Source of the DNA: Perkinsela sp. CCAP 1560/9
Lineage: Eukaryota > Protista > Euglenozoa: Kinetoplastea
NCBI GenBank assembly: GCA_965644495.1
Contig: CBFFSA010000072.1
Coordinates: forward strand, 1 to 27,278
Direction of reading: 5' to 3'
DNA: 27,278 bases
The notes under the pieces are model-generated. The model did not search any database. It was not told the DNA's origin and saw only the letters and a program-made list of their open reading frames with translations. The translations under genes were made by a program, and so were the position numbers. Shown here piece by piece: positions 11,012-19,040 of the stretch (within the stretch, counting starts at the first letter, position 1; every line of letters starts with the position of its first letter).

Positions 11012-12169
11012 TTGTCCCCCACCCCAAAAATTCCTACTCGTGCTCGAGCCTTGAAGAGGCAGCGAGCGAAATTGCCAGGATATTTGTGCGCTTCGCGCAT
11101 AAAGTTTGTATGGAACGGTGCTCGATATGTGAGCACCGACGGAAATCAGAAGAGGGCCAGGAGGCCGTTACTCGTGACACAGACAAGTCAAAACGCAAGC
11201 TTGACGGATCATATATGTGTGAAGAGAAGTTCGAACCGCGCCGAGTTGCCGATGACAGCAAGAGTGAGACGCGTTATGTTGACAAACAAAATGTTAGGAA
11301 TCCAGACCGAGGACGCGAACGCTCCGGTGTTACGAGACGCAATTCGTCCCATGTGGGCTCACACTACGTGGAGGTCGAGAGAGGCAATATGGAGTCGAAT
11401 GGAGGACTTTTGTCGAGTAAAAATGATACACCCTTCCGCTCTCAACGCCGTTTTATTCCTCGATGCACAAAAATTGGCAATGTCGACAAGATTAGCGTAC
11501 GCCCGCGGGTTGCATACGATGTACACTCTAATGAACGAAAACACAATTCCTCTGAAATTATACTCAAAGGCGCTGCAAGCGCAGGGAGCTCTCGAACCTC
11601 AGCGACAGATGCAACCTCTAACACAGTATCTGCTAACGAAACTTTACAAAAGCGTCACGCCATCACAGGCCATCGCAATCTTGATTTGCTGGAAGGCTGC
11701 AGCGCGCTGGACGGAAGTCGCCGAGCTACAGGCCGACCAATTTCTGAGCATTGCCGAGCAGGAAATCGTGATTTATTGGGGAAGAAGCACAAAGACAACA
11801 CGTCTCAATCCATACCGCCCATACATGCACGCCATAATATCAGGACCGGGGACAGAGCAAATAGCGAATTACTTGAGACGCCTTCCGAAAAACCAAAAAC
11901 TGTGCAGGACCACAGTTCGAGAGATGGACCACGAAATAAGAAGGGTGCTAGGAAACGGGTATGGCACCCACTCTATAAAACGGGGGGCTGTAACGTATCT
12001 ACTTCAGGAAGTCGCCAACGGCCACCTCAACTTGTCGGAGGTGCAAATCCTCACAAAGCATCTGAGCTTAGAGAGTCTTCTCCGATACAATGCTCAGCAG
12101 TTGACGACAGCAAGAGCACTGGGCACGCACCGAGTGTCAGCGCGATTGCCCGGACCCTTTCTCCAGTAG
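11012..12169 (+). CDS. Tyrosine recombinase (retrotransposon integrase)
   Basis: Catalytic residues in order: AAR(WTE), STKT, HSIKRG, LTKH, LLRY. Start codon uncertain. Confidence 0.9.
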   Translation: MSPTPKIPTRARALKRQRAKLPGYLCASRIKFVWNGARYVSTDGNQKRARRPLLVTQTSQNASLTDHICVKRSSNRAELPMTARVRRVMLTNKMLGIQTEDANAPVLRDAIRPMWAHTTWRSREAIWSRMEDFCRVKMIHPSALNAVLFLDAQKLAMSTRLAYARGLHTMYTLMNENTIPLKLYSKALQAQGALEPQRQMQPLTQYLLTKLYKSVTPSQAIAILICWKAAARWTEVAELQADQFLSIAEQEIVIYWGRSTKTTRLNPYRPYMHAIISGPGTEQIANYLRRLPKNQKLCRTTVREMDHEIRRVLGNGYGTHSIKRGAVTYLLQEVANGHLNLSEVQILTKHLSLESLLRYNAQQLTTARALGTHRVSARLPGPFLQ

Positions 12170-13758
12170 AAATGCAAAAGTGTTATAAAGAAGTCCCTTA
12201 CTTAAAACGACATACATTAGTTTGTGCACGCCGGAGTTCTAAGTTAGCAAAGCCGAAGGACTTTCATATTCCGTTACACGTCAAGTCGGGAGTTCCAACT
12301 ATTGACATGAATAAAATTCGAAGCTGGATGTCTACAGCTACCGCCTCAAGATTCGAACAGGTTTGGAAAGAATTATTACGCATGCCATTTTGCCCTGAAA
12401 CATCTCCTCGTATGAAAGGAAGTTTGAGCCATACAGATCACGAACTCTTACTTAAGCATGGTATTATTTCTGCGGTATCCGAAAAGGAAGAAAACAAACG
12501 TCCCTCAATGCAATTTCTGGTTCCTTTCACGGTAATTGAAACGGACGATGAGGGCAAGCAACGTCGACGATTTATTTCTTGGACGCGTTCTGACAACGCT
12601 CGGCTGAGTGAATACGTTCCTCAGGTACCCCTACTACATCCATCTAAATATTTGCATAGAGTTAAGGCGCAGTCAGGTCTGAAGAGGGACCTAGTGTGTG
12701 GTTTTTATCAAATCTCGATTCCGCAGGAATGTCGTCAAAAATTTCGGTTTTATTCAGACACGGGGGTGTTGTATGAAATGCGCGTTTTGCCGATGGGGCA
12801 TCGGTGCGCCCCGGAATTGATGCACACAGTCACGGCTACGATCGCCGGTATGACGGGATACTGTAAATCAACCTTTTCACAAGGCGCATTAGATATCTAC
12901 GTGGACGGTGTACGGTTTGCTGGTACAGATCAGCAGGCCTGTCAGTACAAGAAATGGGTTGATGACCGCGCGCAAGAGACAGGAGCGCGCTTTAAAGACT
13001 CGGGACTCCTTCCCATGAAGGAGTACGTATTTAACGGTGTTAGGTACGACCATCGCGTACACAAGGTCAACCTGGGACCCAAAGTTGTCGCAAAATTGGA
13101 GAAGGATCAATTTACACGTACTACATTTCTGGAGCTCGAGGCGACGGTGGGGCGCCTCCTGTACTGCTCCTCAGTAGTGGGAATTATTATTCCAAAATAC
13201 TATTTCGCCCTTAAAATATGTCAACGCCGCATAAACTTGTTAAACCGCATGCCGGAGATGGCCGAAGAGGTAGTGGATCTACCGAACAAAATACGAGATA
13301 TGCTACGGCAGTGGCGAAATGAACTTGTTAGGAACATACCGGTTGAACCTCTCCCGCATCCTGAAATAGCTCCCCGGGAGCATAATTTGTATACAGACGC
13401 CTCAGCGAAAGGATGGGGAGGCATCCTCTACCTCGATTCAGGCGAAGTGATCATCGTGGGGGGGCAATGGAAATCCTTTTGGCAATACGAAGTAAATAGG
13501 GCAGAAGCGACAGCCGTTAGACTTTCCCTCCAGAAGTTGGAGAGACATTTCACCCGGGGCACGTGCTTGCAATTATGGGTAGATAACACTTCGTGCCAAG
13601 CAGCGCTAAACAGAAAAATTTCAAAATCAGGAGGAATATCAAACCAACTCGGTAAGGTTTTGCAATGGGCGAAGGACCGGGGCGTCTGCATCAAGGCCGA
13701 TTACGTCTCAACGAAAGACAACCCGGCAGACCCGGTCAGTAGGAATTTTGCACGATAG
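11086..13758 (+). CDS. Reverse transcriptase-RNase H (DIRS-type); N-terminal ~360 codons overlap the YR ORF
   Basis: RT motifs KRDLVCGFYQI, LPMGHRCAP, YVDG; RNase H residues YTDAS, NRAE, WVDNTS, NPADPVSR. Alternative start is ATG 12172, just after the YR stop. Confidence 0.92.
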   Translation: MRFAHKVCMERCSICEHRRKSEEGQEAVTRDTDKSKRKLDGSYMCEEKFEPRRVADDSKSETRYVDKQNVRNPDRGRERSGVTRRNSSHVGSHYVEVERGNMESNGGLLSSKNDTPFRSQRRFIPRCTKIGNVDKISVRPRVAYDVHSNERKHNSSEIILKGAASAGSSRTSATDATSNTVSANETLQKRHAITGHRNLDLLEGCSALDGSRRATGRPISEHCRAGNRDLLGKKHKDNTSQSIPPIHARHNIRTGDRANSELLETPSEKPKTVQDHSSRDGPRNKKGARKRVWHPLYKTGGCNVSTSGSRQRPPQLVGGANPHKASELRESSPIQCSAVDDSKSTGHAPSVSAIARTLSPVEMQKCYKEVPYLKRHTLVCARRSSKLAKPKDFHIPLHVKSGVPTIDMNKIRSWMSTATASRFEQVWKELLRMPFCPETSPRMKGSLSHTDHELLLKHGIISAVSEKEENKRPSMQFLVPFTVIETDDEGKQRRRFISWTRSDNARLSEYVPQVPLLHPSKYLHRVKAQSGLKRDLVCGFYQISIPQECRQKFRFYSDTGVLYEMRVLPMGHRCAPELMHTVTATIAGMTGYCKSTFSQGALDIYVDGVRFAGTDQQACQYKKWVDDRAQETGARFKDSGLLPMKEYVFNGVRYDHRVHKVNLGPKVVAKLEKDQFTRTTFLELEATVGRLLYCSSVVGIIIPKYYFALKICQRRINLLNRMPEMAEEVVDLPNKIRDMLRQWRNELVRNIPVEPLPHPEIAPREHNLYTDASAKGWGGILYLDSGEVIIVGGQWKSFWQYEVNRAEATAVRLSLQKLERHFTRGTCLQLWVDNTSCQAALNRKISKSGGISNQLGKVLQWAKDRGVCIKADYVSTKDNPADPVSRNFAR

Positions 13759-14510
13759 TTCGATTCAACCGTATTTATATGAAATTTAGTTTATATAGAA
13801 TAATAATAATAATAAAAAAAAAAAATAATAATTTCGTTTAGGTTTTGGAGACGCTACGAAAGTCTGGTCAATTTTCGAGCATTCTTCATACAGGTAGTGA
13901 TTTTAGTTACCAGTGACAAGGAATTCATTACGAGTGAGCGGGTTGGCGGCTGCGGAGCGTGGGGGGCTAAGCCCCTTCACAAAGTATTCCCTTTTCTTCA
14001 ACATTCTGAGTTTAATTGTGTGGTACCAGGGCCCCTTTTTGAATATTTATACAGCGCGCGTTATTCAGCAATAGGAGAAATCTACTAGCATCATAAGAGG
14101 AACCATAGCATAACGAGAAGTAGACGTTCAATATAAGCTATGTTTTCAATTAGATACTTCTTTACTTTATCATATTCGTGATTTGATTATGTTAATGTCC
14201 GGATGCCCTCGCCGTGGATTTCGGTCAAGATTATCAAGATTATCAAGTAGTTATCAGTTGGGCCTTTCTTTCTCCTCCCTCTAAGGTCCTGCAGATTTTT
14301 TACGTACCCTGTGACCGTTCGTTCGTGTGAACGTTCGTTGAGAAATCAACGAACGTACCCCCAAGCCAAAATGTGAAAGAAAACGGAAAGTCAGAATTCA
14401 GACAAAAAAACAAAAAATTATTGAATTTAAAATGAAATTATATGTTTCATGCAACGTGTTTTCAACAGCCAATGGAAAAATTCGTTCAAAAACAAAAAGT
14501 TAAAAAAGTC

Positions 14511-14612
14511 AAAAAAAAGTCAAAAACACCTTCGATGAAGATTCATCGAAAGTGTACAACTTTCAATGTGCTTCATCGAAAGTGTACAACTTTCGATGAA
14601 GATTCATCGAAG
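14511..14612. repeat. Right inverted repeat block of 30-bp palindromic units
   Basis: 14511-14582 complements 8870-8941. One extra unit completes CTTCATCGAAAG-TGTACAA-CTTTCGATGAAG (14571-14601). Confidence 0.92.
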
Positions 14613-14626
14613 GTCCCCCCTAGCCA

Positions 14627-16033
14627 CGAATCGTACACAAGTTGCGGGACCGCTGGCTTGACGGACACTCAATCCTGACCGTGGATATGCAAAATGCATT
14701 CAACTCACCCTCACGAGAGGAAATTGCAAAGTGCGTTTTTGCTTTCGCTACACTGAAACCCTTTCAAAGGTTCTTTGCGGCCGAATATTCAAATGCTTCC
14801 GAACTTTTATTTTATGGCTCCGATGGCAGCCTGACGGACATTATAATGAGCTCAGCAGGTGTACGGCAAGGGTCCGCTCTGGCTAGTCTTTACTTTTGCG
14901 TATTCTGTCAACCAATACTCGAGACACTGGCCTCCGAATTTCCAGGTATTGAAATAAATGCATACATTGACGATATAACGTTAGTGTCTCGAGATTCAAC
15001 CGAACTGGACAAAGCATTCTTTAGGCTCAAAGGTCTCCTAGAAGAAAAACAGGTGAAACTAGCCGAGGCAAAATGCGTTTGGTTCAGAGGAAAATCCGGA
15101 AATTCCATACCGAATTCGCTGAGCACCCAAGGTGTAAAGTCGGAGGACGAAGCGGTCAAAGTACTCGGAGCGTATGTTGGAGAAAACAACACAATAAGTG
15201 AACGACTTTTGCGTCAACTAGAGAAGCAGGTCACAGCTTTTCGGCGGCTAAAACGAATGGGCATCAATAATATATCGATGATTCTTTTAGCAAAATGTGC
15301 CAATGTTCGTCAACAATACCTGATTCGTGTCCACCCGCCCGAAACAACAGAGAAAGCATCATCACAATTTGATCAAGAGGTTGAAAATGTGGTAGAGTCT
15401 TGGATTGGTCCACTCTCTCCCGATCAAATGAAAATTGTACGATTACCCGTTAAGTTGCACTGGAAGACGGCTATGCCGATCCGGACCGGATCTCGTTATT
15501 TATTGGAACAACGGCGAGGTATACTATGACTTAACCGTAATACACGAGCTTTCGCAGAGCAATAGGTCTAAAAAATGCATCCAACTAATCAACGACGCGA
15601 TCAAAAGGAAACATAACACGTACGTGCAGACGAATATTATACGAGAAGAATGCTTCCAATGCTTGCCTATTCTGTCCGGAGGTTCTTTACATCGCAACAC
15701 GCAAAGTCTGATCCATGCGATAGCAGATGCTGCCGTACTAGACCGGCAGGGGGTTGAACAGGAATTTAAACTACTGGTGCAGGAATTAAATGGTCTAGCA
15801 GTTTATTCCCACCTTCGGAAATACCTAAACGAAGAAAGCGCTACGCAGGAATTCAGTCTATAAATCAGCTCATTAGTTTTTTATATCATAATACGAAATA
15901 TTACACAGCTTGCAAAGTCGCGCAAGCATTATATAAGCCTTATCTCTGATCCGTCATTGTGGCAGAATGCAATGACAGGGGTCTTACAAAAAACGATGGA
16001 TGGGTATTTACTATAGAAAATATGCAATATTCC

Positions 16034-16064
<31 letters not shown>

Positions 16065-17448
16065 ATTAGTACATATGGGAAAAGCGACTATCCTGTGAGG
16101 AACAAAATCAGTACTTAAACCTCATCGTGGGGGGAGCTCAGCGAAAAAATGGTGTATCGGATTACATAACGCACCGGCCGATGTTATATGCCCTGGATGC
16201 TGTGGCCATGAATCGTTAAGAAGGGAGGAATGGGTTTGACAGCGAGCAGCCCCCTTAGGGAGACGGCATATGTGGCATCCCGCTACTCGGTTCTTGAGCG
16301 CCGAAACTCTTTTTCAGCTCGGATCGACAACGCGGTGCCATCACACCCGTCTATTCCTAAGAACTCGACAATGAAAGTCATACCAGTGGACGAAAAAGCT
16401 TCCACCAGCATTCATCATGTCGAAGTATTGAAAGAGTTGCAAACGGATCCCGACATTAAGCCCATTCTACAAGCCACATCCTTCAAAGGAAACAGCGACT
16501 GGATCCTTTCCAACGCGAAGTACATCCCTTCCCATCCCTTCCCATCTCTTCAAACTCGCGATTATGCCACGACTAAATGCCCAACACCCAGATCTACCTA
16601 CCAGTCTATTGTGTCCAGGGTGCGGTATTCTCCTCAATAACCGAAACGCCCTCACCCATATCCCAGGCTGTGCTCAATGTTCAGGTATAAATACGACCGT
16701 GAAACATAACTCACTTGTCGGATTTTTACATCGTCTATGCGTGAAAGCAGGCATCCCATGTGAAACGGAACCTAGAAACTTTTCTACGTGGAAGTGCATC
16801 GCTTGCCGATCTACAATCAGTCCGGAAAACCAGTTGGTACATCAGAAGACTTGTGCAGGAAAAAAACTTTGTCGGTCTGGACCCGATCTCGTGATCTATT
16901 GGAACACGGGTGCGGTCTTCTATGATCTGACAGTTATTCACGAACTCTCAATGTCTAATCGTGGAAAGAAATGCACACAGCTCATGAATGACGCGCTGCA
17001 GCGAAAGTCCAACACATATGTACGTACGAACTTAATTCGTGAAGACTCATTTCAATGTTTACCCGTACTGGCAGGAGGCGCTTTGCACCGCAATACGCAG
17101 AACTTGGTACACTCGCTAGCAGACGCGGCCATGCTAAACAGGAAACAGGTCGAACTCGAAATGAAGCTGACGATTCAGGAGCTTAATGGATTAGGGATTT
17201 ATGCGCAGCTAAAGAAATACTTAGACGGCTGCACGCAAACTCAAGAATATAGTATATAAGTTCTAAACACAATATCACTATAAGCTGAGTCAGCTTATAA
17301 AATCATATAGATTTCATTTTCGTGGATAGTTTCTCTTTGAAAATTGAGAGAAGGGGGGAAGGTGAACATTTCGCCAAATCAAATACCGATTTCGGCTCCA
17401 AAAAAATGTAAAGATCAACCTTTTTAAAAAAAAAAAAAAAAAAAAAAA
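14627..17448 (+). mobile_element. CRE/SLACS-clade non-LTR element A, 5'-truncated, split by an insertion and frameshifted
   Basis: RT motifs VDMQNAFN, GVRQGS, YIDD (14627-15454). The frame ...RLPVK resumes as KGGMGLTAS at 16221. A 10-bp tandem duplication near 16523-16545 shifts the frame. Zinc motif plus restriction-like endonuclease (RLE; GPDLVIYW..YDLTV) ends at 17259; poly(A) at 17426-17448. Confidence 0.9.
15455..16062 (+). mobile_element. Element B: 5'-truncated 3' end of element F, nested in A
   Basis: Identical by eye to 24594-25200, including RLE C-terminus, 3' UTR and A29 tail. The whole insert 15455-16213 is flanked by CGTTAAG (15448-15454 and 16214-16220). Confidence 0.93.
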
Positions 17449-17698
17449 CGGTCGGGTCGACAGAGTCTATGCTCACGCCTAGTCCGTCAGGGCTAGGTAC
17501 CCCAAGTGAGGTAGTACACGGGTAGTGAATCTCCTCCCCGTCGGCCAGCATCCTGTTTCGCGACCGTGTCGCTGTCGACACAGGCCCGCGCCTGCGCCCT
17601 CCTGTATAACAAGGGAAGGGTTCATAAGTCAGGCCGTGGAGAGGTCGAAAGACCCGGTCCGGAACGCGCGAATGGATTGGGCGTAGATTGCTTGTTTT
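17449..17698 (+). ncRNA. Structured non-coding RNA-like retroposon (SINE-like), family unknown
   Basis: 12-bp closing helix 17464-17475/17678-17689 with three G-U pairs; hairpins at 17478-17497, 17566-17581 and GGTC-GAAA-GACC at 17643-17654; followed by T-runs and A-tails. Confidence 0.55.
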
Positions 17699-18443
17699 TA
17701 TTGTTATTGTTTTTATTGTTATTATATTTACGGGAGATCAAAAACAAAAAAAAAAAAAAACTGAGATAAAATTGCTAATTTGATTGAACACAATGCCCTC
17801 GTACGCTATATATATGGGCTGTGCCTCAAAGCAGGATTGCCGGCTGAACGCGAACCACGACAGTTCACATCTTACAAGTGTATGAAGTGCTCCGAAACAG
17901 TCGCCGAACGTCTTAAAAATGAGCACATGCAGAGGTGTACTACGGGCCGCATGCATCGCACCGGGCCAGACCTTGTTGTCTACTGGGCTTCTGGGGAAAA
18001 ATTCTATGACCTCACCGTGGTTCATGAATTGGCCCCATCGCATCAAGGCAAAAAGGCCCCCCAACTCATGCGTGACGCGATCTCCCGCAAGCAAAACACC
18101 TATGTCGCATCAGGTTTGATCGAATCAGGACAATTCGAATGCATACTGATGCTCGCCGGAGGGGCACTTCATAAAAACACACGCAATCTACTATACGCGC
18201 TCGCGGACCGTTGCCAAATGCCTAGAGAAGATGTGATTCAACATTTTATTCTGCATCTCCAGGAACTAAACGGAACAACAACGCATGCTCACATGCGTCC
18301 GTTTCTTTCTTCCAATATGCAGGAAAAGGAATATGGTTTTTAATATGAGAGAGAAGAAGAGAAGTCTGATTTAACTAATGCAGGCAATCCCAATGAATAA
18401 AAAAAAGGAGAAGTGACACGTAAACCCCCTGGAGTTCGACAAG

Positions 18444-18460
18444 GTTTCTGTACCTTGTTG
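18444..18460 (+). other. 3' part of a spliced-leader-like exon (GTTTCTGTACCTTGTTG)
   Basis: Identical to 25222-25238; resembles the kinetoplastid SL 3' half GTTTCTGTACTWTATTG. Confidence 0.6.
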
Positions 18461-18469
18461 TACCTTTAC

Positions 18470-18546
18470 AATAAGGAAAGGTCTTACAATAAGGAAAGGT
18501 CTTACAATAAGGAAAGGTCTTACAATAAGGAAAGGTCTTACAATAA
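18470..18546. repeat. Four copies of 18-mer AATAAGGAAAGGTCTTAC
   Basis: Same unit and orientation as 10845-10998. Confidence 0.95.
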
Positions 18547-18593
18547 AAAAATTTGATTGCTTGTTTTCAAAAAAAAAAAAAAAAAAAAAAAAA

Positions 18594-19030
18594 CCCTAGG
18601 GGCCACAACGCTGATAGAAGATCCCCAAGTCGCCCTCTCCTTAATACGACAATGTGCCGGCTTTTGCCAGATGGTTCACGCTCTAAGGACTACCCCCCCG
18701 CAAGCTCTCGGAGAACTGCCTCAAGAGCTCGACAAACACTTAACAGAGGCTGTCGAAATTGCACTCTTTCCCCTCGATGCTAATGCCAAGGACCAAATAC
18801 AAAGACCCAAACGTCACGGGGGATTCGGCCTCCGATCTTCAGCCCTACATCAGTCGGCCGCCTACGTTTCCTCTGTCGCATTCGCCGCAGAAATAGACAA
18901 ATGGGACCCCACGGAAGCCCAAGGATTTGCCGCTGCTGTTCGCGACGTGAATAATAAGGCAGGAGTCGAGCTGGTCGATGAAAAGACGGGACGTATCCTT
19001 AAACCGCCCTCTCTCATACCGGAACTACTT
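18594..19030 (+). pseudogene. Fragment E1: post-RT (thumb/linker) region of a different CRE subfamily
   Basis: EDPQVALSLIRQCAG...LRTTPP...RPKRHGGFGLRS..AAYVSS is homologous to, but diverged from, the A/F region RLPFKKGGFGL. Boundaries approximate. Confidence 0.7.
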
Positions 19031-19040
19031 TCTACTCTTG

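Larger units (their letters stand above)
8870..14612 (+). mobile_element. Tyrosine-recombinase retrotransposon (DIRS order), VIPER/TATE-like gag-YR-RT/RH organisation
   Basis: Gag-like ORF with zinc knuckle, YR ORF, and overlapping RT-RNase H ORF, flanked by inverted repeats. Outer boundaries are inferred from the inverted repeats. Confidence 0.85.
17787..18549 (+). mobile_element. CRE-clade element D, 5'-truncated (RLE only), with downstream SL fragment and 18-mer tail
   Basis: HNALV..EREPR..CMKC..H..C..GPDLVVYW..YDLTV; stop at 18343. Flanked by 10-bp direct repeat AATTTGATTG (17777-17786, 18550-18559). Confidence 0.85.

Noticed and set aside
14642-15863. ORFs 14642-15529 and 15435-15863 as a programmed frameshift pair
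   Set aside because: The frame change coincides with the TSD-flanked insertion of B into A.
16140-16213. CPGC-containing peptide in the unexplained filler
   Set aside because: Resembles the CRE LLCPGC motif but is too short and lacks the downstream His/Cys.
17520-17690. HDV-like or hammerhead ribozyme (CTCCTCCCCGT, GCGAATGG, GAAA motifs)
   Set aside because: I could not build a consistent P1-P3 double pseudoknot, and there is no CUGANGA core. Left as an unidentified structured RNA.
17449-17698. tRNA- or 5S-derived head, or telomerase RNA
   Set aside because: No convincing A/B/C boxes or cloverleaf, and no template matching the 10-mer or TTAGGG.
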